DNA from: Aplysia californica
Lineage: Eukaryota
DNA: 63,752 nt
Direction: 5' to 3'
NCBI RefSeq assembly: GCF_000002075.1
Contig: NW_004797337.1
Span: 1,380,341-1,444,092 of the forward strand
Part shown: one piece after another, positions 1 through 12,762 of the stretch
How the letters are laid out: every line of letters begins with the position of its first letter
How positions within the stretch are numbered: the first letter of the stretch is position 1
Position numbers and translations under genes: made by a program
Notes under the pieces: generated by a model
Database searches by the model: none
What the model saw: the letters and a program-made list of their open reading frames with translations, nothing else
What the model was told of the DNA's origin: nothing

Positions 1-325
1 AAGGATGGTGGCAACATTATACAAAAGCCCAAGCCCCCCCCCCCCCCGAAAAAAAAGTTTGAGAAGCGTTTTAACAGCACGCTTGGCATACATTTAAATG
101 TCGAAGATTAGAGGTATTACCACAAAGTAACCTACAAAGAAAAGAAGAAGAGATAAGGATGACAGGTGTTTGATAAGAAAGAAGGAGCAAATCACACTAA
201 AGCACCCATTAAAAACTTTTTTTTAAAAGACCAACAAAAACCCCAGAGACTGTTTAATTACAATAATGACTAAATTAGAAACTAAAAAGACAGAAACGAA
301 AGGGAAAGGAAGTAAAAAAACTTAC

Positions 326-3300
326 AAGGAATCCAACATAAGATAAAAATGCCCTGATAGAGCATTGCTTTCTTTTTAAGGATACTCTCTTCTTGACGCT
401 GATGGTAGCTCAATAGACCTGGAAGGAAGCAAACATGCATACATCAATTCTACAAGAAACTATTATTTGATCAAAACCAAAAAAAAAGGCAATTATTCAC
501 AGGTTAACTCTATAACCCCGAGTGGACGATGGGAGCATTCAGTGAAACTCGCCCGGTCCCCGAGGGGACAGTCCCAGCTTCCGGTAAGTGTCAGATCGCA
601 AAGTGCATGCAGCATTACTGCTAATACAATCTCTTTTGAACCTGAATAGATTTATTTCGACTATGAAGTGTTAGATAAATGTATAAATTACTTCCTCTTT
701 CACTTTAACACAGATTTAACCATATTATAAATATTATATACGTATCCTCTGCTATGTGTTTCACAAGATCTGGAAAATATTCTGTCAAAACAAGGAAAAT
801 AATTTTTGGGTTAAAGATTAAAAGCTATCAAGTGGAAGACCATCTTGCCTTGATCTATAGACAATGTGCATTGTTTGAAATTAGTCTCTGGACATCCTGC
901 ATATTAAATAATTCAAAAACGGCTGATTACAGTTTTAATTTTCTCAAAAACAACAGATATGAATCATGCCCGCAACTACTTATTGACAGAATAACTCGAT
1001 CAGAAGGGAAAATATGCCTTAAAAAATGGTGACTTTAGGAGGAAATATGTTACCTTTAGAAAAAAGCGACCCCATTTAGAAGAACCCACTTTTTTCATAA
1101 AAGATATATTTATAGAACCGAAACAACAGTACAATTTTGCACTTACATAGTGTTTCCCCCAAATTTTGTAGAAAATACATGGCATTTTTACCAGTGTCTG
1201 TGTTGTAGTGGTCAGGCACTTCACTATAACATGTAGGAGACTCGAGTTTGATTCCCAATTCGGGAGCATTTTAAGCAAGTATCTCAGTCCTTCAGCTGGG
1301 ACGTGGTATCCCTCTCAGCCTGTGTCCTAAATAATCTAAACTGTGTCAATGGGGGGGGCGATAAAAATACTACACCCACATGAACATGGCATTTTTTCTT
1401 CATCAGCACAAGATTTAGTGTACCAGTTCTCTTAACAGAACTTGGAAATGTAACTTCGGGTTTGAGTACACATTATCTTATTCCAAAACAACAATGAGAA
1501 AAATCATAGCATCATAAGAGTAAGACTGCACATCCACTGAAAAGTGGTGCTCACATCGCATTTGAGGGAACTCCACATTTTTGGGGTGGATCCAAAATAA
1601 TCATAATTCAGAAAAGGAACATATACTTAATACTTCTTCACTCACCTCTTCTCATGGCAACTTGCTTGAAAACTTTACCAATCAGAACATATAGCCCCTT
1701 GAAAATGAGAAAATTGACCATATTTAGGCATAGGTAAGAGAAATAGTATTTTCTATTTACTGTGGCATCCGTGTAAAATGAATTCAAATTAAATTAAATG
1801 AATTCTCACTAAAATTGACAATACCTTGATCCTAATTCCTGTCCTTATTTATGCTTAGTAACTGAAGTCTAGATAACATGATTACATTGACCAGGGGCTT
1901 CACTTCTAATGACTACCAAAGTGAACGCGTGGGTATAGAACAGTGCAAACAAAATCCACAAAAGAAAACATCTTGTGCACAGGCAAAAATGTGATGCACA
2001 TCTGAAAGGAATAGCCTTCACCATATCTTTAAACTCTATACACCTTTGTTTGTCTAGAAGAATGGTTCTTAATCTGGGTTTGATAGATCCCCAGGGTTTG
2101 AGCAAGTTGGTCCCAGGGGTTTGACGAATGTCAACACACACACACACTGTGTGTATATGTGAGTGCGTGTATGTGTGTGTTTGTGTGCGTGCAGCGTGCT
2201 TATTTATTCTGTTCACCCTAGTCGAAGGGAATGGCGAATGCACATTTAAAATGTGCAGAGTTCAGTGCCCCAACCAAGGTTAAGAACCAATGGTTTAGAT
2301 GACGATAATGCTGCTGAGACCTGGATTACTGCAGCACTTTGTAAAGTCATGGGGAGTCCATTTACATGATAACTTCTGGGACAAGATGCAAATGAATGAA
2401 TGCTTGGTACTACCAATGATAGTAAATAACAAGATGGGCCACTCAGCCAAAAAAATGTCCGCAGGAAGTATGCTCTTTGCTTCAGATGGCGCTGCAGTCT
2501 GTTTTGAAGCTCTCTTTCGTTTTTCCAGAAGAAGAATAGGAATAGCACCTCCTTGCGTGTGCAGATCGACTGCTGTTCATCAGCAGTTCGGGTTCGTTCA
2601 GTACGGAGTTTTAGTGTTTTTTTTATTTTAATGACCTCTTGCCTTTCATTCTAAAGTCAAATTAAACAAAGAAAACAATCACCCTTTCCTCCGGAAGAGG
2701 TTTTTTTGTCAGCGTAACCATTTTAAAAAAGCGTTCTTCCGAAATTCATTCAAAAACTTGCTAGTTTCACTTTGATTTTTTAAAACTCAAGTAGGATAGC
2801 TCTGTTCGCTAAAGGTGCGCTTTTGCGAAGAGGGCGCCACCGAATTTTGAGGACACTTTTTTAATTGGCTCAAAGAGAGAAGTGACCCATCTTGTCTTGT
2901 ACTATCTTTGGTAGTACAAACAAGATTGAGAGGATATGAAACAAAAAAACAAAAACAAAACTCAGCAAAAAAGCCCCAAACCCCCAAAACCAGCAAGGAA
3001 ACATACCATGTTGCACACCATGGCCAGGATCAGAGGGATGAGAAATATGAGTCGAACCATCCGATGCCATTTTTCACCATTAATGACTTGCTCCTGAGAA
3101 ATATGAAAACATTTATTTAAATAACACTTCTAAAGTATTTGTCATACAAACAAACAGAAATTGAGGCCTTTTTTATAACTCATTCAGTATACCAGAGCAA
3201 TAAATGAAAAGCAACAACAACAACAACAACAAAAAATGCACATCCTATTACGTATAAAGCAATTACATCATTTGTGAAAGATGACTGAAAGTAGAAACAC

Positions 3301-6300
3301 ATACTGTACACATAGATCTAGTAATAAAAAAAAATGGAGTGCTTACATGTACATTTCAATGAGTAAAACAATGTAAGAAAATACACCAGCATACTTAATA
3401 ATCTATCACAGCAAAAACTGTGAGTTAAAAAAGAGGAACTACAAACAATCCGGATTCAAACCCTAGTGATACAGTCAGCTTCATGTTTCAAGAAAGAGAC
3501 CTTCCAGAGATCACTTTGAGGAGAGATTGTTCCAACTTCATTACCTTACCAAGCAATCCCCTATAAGTACTCTACAACATAAAAAAATATTTTGGGAAAT
3601 TCAGACACAACAAAATAAAATAATCCCACAAAAAAATAAAATAATCCAAAGCAATGGAAGGATAAATGCATGTCAGGAAGAGTTTTTTAAAATTCACTGC
3701 TTACCCAGCATTCATTTTCATTGAAGCGAAAATTGGCAAAGCATCTGCGGAAAAAGAAAAAAAAATATAATGCATGAAATAAAGTTTAGTTTTAGTAAGA
3801 GTTTGGCGGCACTTGCAACACAATTAGGTCATATAAATCCCCCAAATTAGAGGTATTACTAAAGAGTCCCAAGCAAAACAAAACATTCTTTTTAAAGAGG
3901 AGAGAGAATGAACGATATATATGCACCAGAGCTTCAACTAATCATCCATGCACGAAATAAAGATTGAGTATATATACAAATCTGTACATATATAACAAAG
4001 TAAGCACTTCATGTCCAAATGTCAGGGTCCTTGATTTCATGCACATTACAGTATTTTCAAATATTACCATCCAAAGCCCACACAGTCTCTCTTTACCTAA
4101 AGCTTTCACAATAGGAGACATCCAGATCATTTACCGCTGCTATACAAAAATATACATACATATGATAATAAATAGCATTTGTTTAGCATAATTCCCCCTC
4201 AACAGCAAACTCTAAGCAATTTACAATCTATATTATTACCCCACAAGACCTGATAGGATTCTGAAACAATCTGGATTTCCTGGGAAGCATACAGAGTAAG
4301 CTGCCATTTTACGGACGCTACAGCACCAACAGACAAGATCTTTTGCTGTCTATGGCTGGGTATCCATTCACACATGGGAGAAACAAGAATACTCATGGAA
4401 GGTGTCGCCTTTCCTATGGACACAATGTCAGGGCTGAGCTAAGTCTCAAACCCACACACCCGCAATCTCACGATCACGAGTCTGAGAGTCTAACCACTAA
4501 ACCCCATACTGCCGTAAGATGACAAAATACCTATTTTCATTTTTGGAGCCAAATTTTTCTAAATTGCTAAATTGAAAGCCTGATCAGTTACCCTACACGT
4601 GTGAAAAAATCAAAGTGAAACTGTAACTAGTTTTTAAAATAAATTAGAATTCAAATTTGGGAAAAAAGTCTGTTTTAAATGGTTAAACTGACAAAAACCC
4701 TCTTTACTGCAAAAAAAAGAGGCGTTTTGTCAGCTTACGGCAGCATATACCATACACCCAAATGTAAAGGGAACATACGAGGAACACTGCCTCGGGATAA
4801 CCCCAATAAGGCTGGTGTAGTTGGAGAATTCCATGTAGTCTTCCAGAGAGTGAGTGACCACCATCAGCACTATGGCCAGACTCAGAGGGATCAACCTGTG
4901 GGACAGAACAGGATACTTTAGTGAAATCAGGCGCTTGTCAAAATCATGAAATTGAAGAAACTAGCATTTGTGCGCTGGCTAGGCAATTTTTATTGAATTT
5001 TTGTTTTTTGGCGTAATACCGTTAATGTCTATTTAAAAACACATTCCAGTGTGGATTTTACTGAAAAACGTTGATTAAAGGCACAAAAAAAATGTAAATT
5101 TGCAGTTTCCAAGGACTCTTGAGCTATGAAAGTCACTAAACTTTGGCGGCCATTTTCTCCCAAATTTCTCTTCTGAAACAAGGTGACCCCATCTCCTTCA
5201 ATTGCAAATATTTCTACGTCTATTCAAGATAAATTGATATTTTTTTCATCGAAAGCAAGGCAAATGAACAACCTTTAAGATGATACATAAAACTCAATAT
5301 GCCAAAAACTTGACTAGAGCCTGATTTCACTGCGTCATGACACATATCATATAAAGTCGAACCTTCTGTAATGACTTTTTTCCTTTAGTTTTAGTAAGTG
5401 TTTTACGGCACTTGCAACACAATAAGGTCATATCAGTGCTGAAGATTAGAGGTGTTACAAGAGAGTTACAAACACAAAAAAGGAGGGGAGATAAAGACAA
5501 GACTCACCAAGACAGTACATATGCCACATACATCCAATTGGTGCTCACTACTCTCATCTGTAATAAAGAAAAAGCAAAACAAATTGTGCCATTAAAAATT
5601 TTTTAATTTTATTTTTGAAAGAATGCCACCGTTTTGAATAAAACATCCATTTCCGATTATGAAAAAAACACAGTAGAGTGGGTGCAGAGCCTTGAAATCC
5701 CCAAACCAAAGGAATGTAAGAATGTCCATAGAGGAATCAGAACATGCACCTTTTTTGTAATTGTTTCACACCCCCATCAACACAATTTACCATTTATATA
5801 ATTTAGGAGGTGCCTAATAAGTGCCTAATCACTACACAGGAGATGCTGGTCAGTGCACTATAGTCAGGTATTCTATCAAGTGGACTAGCAAAGAAAAGAA
5901 TAGGGGGACTATTTTGCGTGATATGGTGAACATGAACATAAATGACATTTCCAGTTTTGACAAATGATTGACAGAGGTAGAGAATGACACAAGTGAAACA
6001 AAGCTTAAGTATTCTATCAAATTTTTAAAAATAATTAAAGAACCCACATAAATTAATCTTTATACGCATAGTTCAAAAAGGTAGATAAAACATATAAATT
6101 CAGAAGAAAAAAAAAACACATTTAAAATTAAGTTGAATATAAGGAAAGGGAAAAGTAATTTCTTCATGCAATAAAAACAAATTATGATAAAGTAATGTCT
6201 AAATTTTATGTTTAACACCTCTAGCTAAAAATGGTGGCAAAGTGTTGAATGGTCAACGAACATAATTCAAGAAATGTTTTTGAGAACCCCCCCCCCCCAA

Positions 6301-9300
6301 GGCAACTCTTTTGAAGTGGGTTCACCGATGTCTGTGGCGTAGTGGGTAGGCACTTCTCCGCTGCATGCAGGAGACTTAAGTCTGATTCCCGAATTGGGAG
6401 AACTTTTGTTGGGTAGCTCAGACTTTCTGCTGGGAGGTTGTATCCCTCTGAGCTAGATTAGGTCCTAACAGGCATGGATGGTCTGAGCTCCCTTCCTTAA
6501 TGAACTTAATTGTAACGTCAGGCGGGGTGTACAAAACAAAACACACACTGGTAAAAAAAAAAAAAAAATTCGGACTTACTGATAATGCACTCACAGCTGA
6601 CCCCTCTGACAGTCTTCGTCTGAACCTGAACAGTGCTTCCAAGGCATACGTGATGGTAAGAAGGAATGCACTTGTGTAGAAGCTCTGAAAAATACAATCC
6701 CCCAGAAAATTTGCAAACAAAGCAAAAACATTATCGTCTTGTCATGTCTATACAAAACAACACAGAACTACAGCTGATTTAAATTTTCAAGGTTAAATCA
6801 AACTTTCCAAACAGTGTGTTGCTGGTTTTTTTCTTCTTTTCTTTCAGATTTTTCTGACCCTTGATCTCAGGGTAGGAAGAATAAGAACCTTTCTCTCTTC
6901 TCAGATAAAGAAGAAAAATTTGGAGATGCAGTCAGTGTCCACACTGTGTGCAGCAAACACACTTTGCGAGCAGAAATTCTCAAAAGGACAGACTTGTAAA
7001 GCAATATTCTACAACAAAACCACAGCCTGACTCCCAAAAGGTCTGGGGAACTATATTCTAGACACAAAATAGGTGGGACACCAAAAAAATTAGTTGAGAG
7101 CTTGCAGAGGATCAGAGAAAAAAAATAATGCACATTAATACTCTAGTTCTTATTGGTCCAAAAGATTTACACATCACTGAATGTTCAAGAAATGCTTTTA
7201 CGAATAATGCAAACCTGCCAATGAGGAAACACATCAAAAGGGAGAACCCAGTCAAGGCAGTATCTCCTTACCAAAACAAAACACCATCAGACAACAAAAC
7301 AAACCACATTTCAAGGCCTAGACATTGGTGTCTGTGATGTATCGGTTTGTGCTTTGCCTTGGCACTCGGAGAGGAACACCTGACGTCGATTCCTGTGTGG
7401 CGAGATATTTTAATCAAGTATCTCGGTCTTCTTACTGGGATGTGGTATCATCCCTCTACGCCCAGGTTGTCCCCAACAGATAGGGACGAAGCTCCTTGCA
7501 TAAATGATCTACATTGTGTCGAGGGGAGGTGTAAAAACATCAACATTAAAAAGGTCTTGATGTGGTCTTCTTGAGACAGACACTTACTGTGACTAGCGTC
7601 ATGATGTAATCGCAAGAGCCTTCACTGCCAGGGAATGACGGACTTCCAGATAGGAATATACAGGAGCTTAAGATCAGAAACACAGAAGACAGCAAATCTG
7701 CCACTGCCAAGTGAAACGTGGGAAATATCTGGTAGGGAAGAGAAAAAAAACAAACAAAGATACAGACATATAACTCATTTTGAACTTTAAAACCTTATTT
7801 GAGTTTTTTTTAAGGCACATCCCCACGAAAACAGTCTTTCAATTCAGAAAGAAAAGGCAAAACAGATAGATGGAAAAAAATGGAGATGGCATGGAGGTAG
7901 AAAATAATTAACCAATAAGAGTTCTCAAACCTCTTTTGAATTTTAAGCAAAAAATTATTTTTTTAAAAATCAATCATTATGACATATGACGAAGAAACCG
8001 ATCTGGATGATAATAATTTTTCATGTAACACATCAGTTTATGTATTGAACAAATACGCAGGCCTACTTATCTGGCCCGTGCTCAACATTCTCTCAGTTAT
8101 CCAGCCTTCTTTGGAAAAAACTTTGGCAGCCGTTGGTCTATAGTAATAGTGAATAAAAAGTATGGAAATTTAAAGGAATTTAATTAAATGTATATTTATC
8201 CCCGAGAAAACATTCAGTAAAAAAATTAACACCAGCCTTCTATTAAAATCTCAAAACAATTAAATTTTTCTTCTTGAGTCAGCCTTTTATCTTAAAAAAA
8301 AGTTAATACATACCTCAGCGACGCACACTCTGCCATAGTATACTGAGCACACAAGAACAGATCCAGATCCAATTAAGCTAGAGTTGAAAAAAAAAAAAAA
8401 AGGTAATAGGTAATATTAAGCATATTTTTCTCCATTATCTTTTATGCTGTAAAAAAAACTTTCAAATTAAAGAAAGTTAGATGCCGCTCTACTATGATAC
8501 TTTGGTCTACCATAAAGTCCTGCTCGATATATGATCTACCAAAGTTTAGTGTGTAGTGAAAGTCATGCCTCATTGGTTACGATATCGAAAGCACTGGGGG
8601 CATTTAGATTAAAGATGGCGGCATTTAAATTGCGGTTTGGAGGTGGGTGGTGTTCGCCTCTCACTCAATAGGTCCTGTGTTCGAAACTTGACAGTAATGG
8701 AAAATTTTCTTCTCTATGAATAAATTTTTTACAAACAATTTCCCCTTTCAGCTCAATTCATGCTCTCTAAACCATGTTCGTTCGCNNNNNNNNNNNNNNN
8801 NNNNNNNNNNNNNNNNNNNNNNNNNNNNNNNNNNNNNNNNNNNNNNNNNNNNNNNNNNNNNNNNNNNNNNNNNNNNNNNNNNNNNNNNNNNNNNNNNNNN
8901 NNNNNNNNNNNNNNNNNNNNNNNNNNNNNNNNNNNNNNNNNNNNNNNNNNNNNNNNNNNNNNNNNNNNNNNNNNNNNNNNNNNNNNNNNNNNNNNNNNNN
9001 NNNNNNNNNNNNNNACAATGGTATTAACTCAATGTCTAAAGAAAAGGAAAGATAGTGGAGAAAGTGTAGACATCTCACCTTATTCCAGCAGTTATCAAAC
9101 TTAAGATTGACAAGGCCTCCATCTGCAAAAATGAAAGAGAGCATATTATTAGTTCCACATTACCATCAATAAAACAACTTTTAAAGATGTTAATGACAGT
9201 TCTACTTGCCCTCAAAAGTCTTTTAAAAAACAGAAAGTGAGAAAGGCTTTAAAATATGGGAGAATTAAGTTAAATTGTCCCCCCTCTACTCTTTTTCAGG

Positions 9301-11721
9301 CTCAGGGGCTGTTATAACTGAAAGATTTTCCACTTACAGCCCAAGAGGCTTTTGTACCTTAAAGACTCATGTCATTTCTCGTTTGTAATTACCAACCTTT
9401 CAATCTATAGGCATTCAGTATCTTTCAAAACCAGTGTGTTAAAAACAAAAAATCATCTGAATTCGGGCACAGCATTAATTTCAAGAAATTATGGGCCCAT
9501 CTCTGGTTTGACCCTAATCATCTAGATTCTAGTTAAACTTGGTGTAAAGCCCACTATCGACCCAAGTATTGAATCAATTTATCTTCTTCAGGAGTCAGCA
9601 CACAATGGAAGGATCAGCATGACATTGGATTCACTGCCAGTGATAACATGCATCATGTAAATTTACAAACAAAAAAATAACCAATTACCTGTTATAGGGA
9701 CAACAAAACATTTTCGGTTAAGAAGAGAAGTCATGGTGTAAAAAAAAAAATACAACAAACTACAAGAGACTATCATTAATCAAAATATTAATTTTATTTT
9801 TGATGATAAAAGGTATATAAAAGACAAGTTGATGTTTTTTCCATTTTCATATAAAAAGCAGAGTGCTAGTGTTAGTCAAAGTGGTGATGGTGATTAAAAC
9901 AAGGATCTGGGGTGGTGGGGTGATCCGATAAAGATGCGGTCCGCTGGGAACATCCAACGTAATAGAGGTTGCTGATAAGACTCACATCTCGGCACAAGAA
10001 GCAGGACAAGAGTTAAAATTAAGGCACTCACGATAATGATTCATATAAAACTGAAACTGTCAAATCTCTGTCCGAAGAGACTAGCAGTTCAGTAACACTC
10101 TCAACACTTTTTCATTTTGCCATTTTGTGGACTGTTTTGGGAGCTTTTTCGGTAGTTCCCACCCCTCTTATTGAGCCTGACCTACATCTAGATCTATACG
10201 TTTGATTCGCGGCAAGCTAAGATATCAAACCTAACAACTGCAAAACATTAAATTCTGGTAAAGTTCAGGGGGCATGCCCCCCTGAAACCCCCCACCTTAT
10301 TTTTATTAGGTCAGGGGGGCTTGGGGGCTAGCCCCCCTGAAGGCCACCTCTATTCTCACCCGGAAAGTGAGAATAGTGCAGGCGAGTCTTGTGGCTATTC
10401 TCACCCGGTGCGCATTCATCAAATTTTGCGTTCACCCTAAACCACAGAATTCTACACTGTGATAACAGAAAAATTGTAGAATTCTGTGCCGTGAACAAAC
10501 GTTCCATTACAACTATAGCCTACTAAAAGCGTACAATTTTGTCAGTGGGCAGTGGAGAGAGAGAGAGAAAGAGAGAGAGGAGTAGCGCGAGAATTTCCGG
10601 GCAAAACAAAGTGGCGACCCGCGTAGTTCGGCTCGATTCGAAAAGTTAAATAGCCGTAGCATCTTTGTCTTTGTAGACAACCAAATTAATTTACTTTTGT
10701 GTTTTAACATCATTTTTTAACTTTGTTTTGGTCAATTTGATCGTCCACACCGATAGACAGTATTCAGAAAGAGACAGAGAGAGAGAGAAGAGGGGAGGAG
10801 TTGATCTTGCGAGATCTTCCGGGCGGGTGAGAATAGCCACTTTCCCCCCTGAAACCCCCCTACTCTTGGGGCCAAATCCCGTGAATAACAATTGCGGGGT
10901 GGGAACTACTGAAAAAGCGCCCTTTTTTGGCTGTCCTTCACTTTAAGCCTTTTTTTTAACGAAGTGACTATTTCTCCGAACGTTCGGAGAAATAGTGCCG
11001 ATCTTTATTTCTCCGAACGGTTTTCGGCTTCCGGTCTCGTGATTTTTTGCCTATTTATTGCGAGAGTTCGGCGCCAACTTTCATTCTGCCTCTGCCTCTG
11101 GTCTGGGAAGGAACACGTACCGCATGGCAAGCCCGCCTACAGACAACCTTCAGTAACACCCACCACACACCCACCACCATCATGCACATGTACACACACT
11201 AACTAAACATAACTAGTGGGCAACTTTTGAACGTATGACGAGCTGAACTGTGGATGGAGAGACAGTGTGAGTGAAAGAGCGGGTGAAAGGAAGAATGTGC
11301 GAGTGTATCCACAGGCGACAGCAACTAAAAGACGACGACACTGACCACCCCTGGCCTGGTCCACAGCTCACGAACAAAAGGAATGCAGCTCAGGTGGTGT
11401 TTTGCCTATATTATTGTCCATGGTTCGCAGGGAACAAGTGAGATTTTCTTTGTGTGTGCCTGGAGGGATGGGGTGGGGTATGAAAGTCATGCGGACAGGG
11501 ATGAGCCGCGGGAGAGAACACGGGAATTGAATGAAAGAGTGAAACTGAAAGAGACGAATGACTCATGAGTCCTGGAGTGAATGGATCCTGTGTTTCTATT
11601 TTTGTATACTTTGAACTGTTACTGAATAAAGGCTGAAATAAAGCCCGAAAAACAAACAAACACACACACACACTCCTCACTCTCCACTTACTACCACACA
11701 CAGACACACTCAAACACTCAC

Positions 11722-11752
<31 letters not shown>

Positions 11753-12762
11753 GGAGCAAATTTTTGGGTCTATATCTATTTAAATTTTCAACAGCTAGTC
11801 TAGATGAGATTTTTAGATGAGTGTAAAAACGTGAAAAAGAAAGGTTTCATAACAGAAAGAAATCAAAATTAGAACAGCCCATAAACAACAACAAACATTA
11901 ACAAATAAGGGCGTGTGTTCACCTGTCCGAAGAAGATTGGCAGTTTTAACCCTAAATTCCTAAATGTGCGTAATTTTTAAAAAAAGTACAGGATATTACA
12001 TGTAAATTATGGAATCACACACATTAAGGGGCTTGCCAGTGTCAGTACATTGGTCGCAGCAGTGACAAACGCAGATGCCAGTTCTATGTGTAGTTATCAA
12101 TAACCCTCCGTAGATCTAGATCTAGTCAGCACACGAGTGAACACAACACATTACGTTTAAAAGCAGCACCTTTCATAGGCAACACGTCATATCTATAGCG
12201 AAAAACTGTTTGGAATTGTAGCATTTCTTTATATAAATATTTACGGCGGACATTTTTTGGACCGATTGAACCATATTGTATACGAACAATCTTTGGTAGG
12301 CCCATACTATAATTATAGATCTAGATCTATATAATATCCGAAATTTGGGGGAAAGGATGATATTTCAGAGTGTACGGAGAAATAGTGCCCAGCTTTATTT
12401 TCCTGAACGTTCGGAGAAATAGTGCCCAGCTTTATTTTCCCGAACGTTCGGAGAAATAGTGCCCAGCTTTATTTTCCCGAACGTTCGGAGAAATAGTGCC
12501 GGCCTTTTTTTTAGCGAACCTTTGCCTTTGGTGTGCCAGCTTAACAAATCAATTGTCGGGATTCCTAATTGTCAGTTATGAAGCAGAAAACCGTAGGCCT
12601 ACATCAACACACTTTCTAAATTTTAAACTCTACCTATTGTCATCCATGATTATCATAACTTACCTCTCCATCAGACAGATACTTGTGACTGCCAGCCACT
12701 GGAACTGTAACTGGGACCGGAGGCAATTCAGCCGACAGAGATCCATAATTCATGGAATCCAT
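326..12762 (-). CDS. TMEM116: TMEM116-like multi-pass membrane protein (cAMP-receptor-like 7TM fold); 3' end lies outside the window
   Basis: Phase-consistent GT-AG exons: 12664-12762, 9079-9122, 8314-8377, 7588-7728, 6595-6684 (alt donor 6580), 5508-5557, 4779-4895, 3705-3744, 3007-3093, 1646-1697, 326-418. Translation: MDSMNYGSLSAELPP...DGE/MEALSILSLITAGIS/LIGSGSVLVCSVYYGRVCVAE/IFPTFHLAVADLLSSVFLILSS...CDYIMTLVT/SFYTSAFLLTITYALE.../...YVLSWLIPLSLAIVL.../...LYQGIFILCWIP. The motif order resembles human TMEM116 as I recall it (S-IGS, F-L--DLL, FY-SS-L-T--Y, LIPL, F--CW-P). The first coding exon is less certain. Confidence 0.8.
1193..1378 (+). mobile_element. tRNA-derived SINE family C (MESC/Meta-like tail)
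   Basis: Degenerate A and B boxes; shared blocks CTGGGA..TGTATCCCTCT and CCTAAAT.ATCTAAA.TGTGTC. Relatives at 6325, 7326 and 57713. Confidence 0.65.
2060..2292. mobile_element. hAT (Charlie-like) MITE
   Basis: TIRs ATGGTTCTTAATCT / AGGTTAAGAACCAAT; imperfect 8-bp TSD GTCTAGAA/GTTTAGAT. Confidence 0.65.
4150..4512 (-). mobile_element. Diverged CORE-SINE
   Basis: Colinear with the family (ATAGCATTTG...TTATTACCCC...GGGAAGCATACAG...CAAGATCTT...GCCTTTCC). Confidence 0.7.
4920..5348. mobile_element. Non-autonomous TIR element
   Basis: AGTGAAATCAGGC (4920) and GCCTGATTTCACT (5319) are inverted; right end TGACACATAT. Confidence 0.55.
6325..6548 (+). mobile_element. SINE family C
   Basis: TGTGGCGTAGTGGGTAGGCAC head plus shared body and tail. 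Confidence 0.65.
7326..7550 (+). mobile_element. SINE family C
   Basis: Shared body and tail blocks. Confidence 0.6.
10342..10844. mobile_element. Mutator-like non-autonomous element with 9-bp TSD, nested in another MITE (~10143-10919)
   Basis: TSD CCCCCTGAA at 10333-10341 and 10845-10853. Both ends read N8-CTATTCTCACCCG. Host TIR GCTTTTTC(G/A)GTAGTTCCCACCCC. Confidence 0.7.
10959..12504. mobile_element. 1.5-kb element with palindromic termini and a 41-bp subterminal tandem array
   Basis: Perfect 28-bp palindrome CTATTTCTCCGAACGTTCGGAGAAATAG at 10968; ~3 x 41-bp repeats of the same unit at 12376-12500; TTTTTTTTA flanks both sides. Confidence 0.65.

Noticed and set aside
2299-2631. 110-aa ORF in a TMEM116 intron
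   Set aside because: No recognisable homology, and it is flanked by transposon-like sequence.
10031-10125. Possible extra TMEM116 exon ending in GTGAGT
   Set aside because: The ATGs there lead to early stops, and there is no clear acceptor. It cannot be supported without RNA data.
12376-12500. 41-bp palindromic repeats resembling a CRISPR array
   Set aside because: The units are contiguous with identical intervening sequence (no unique spacers), there are no cas genes, and the context is a eukaryotic intron. It is a transposon subterminal array.
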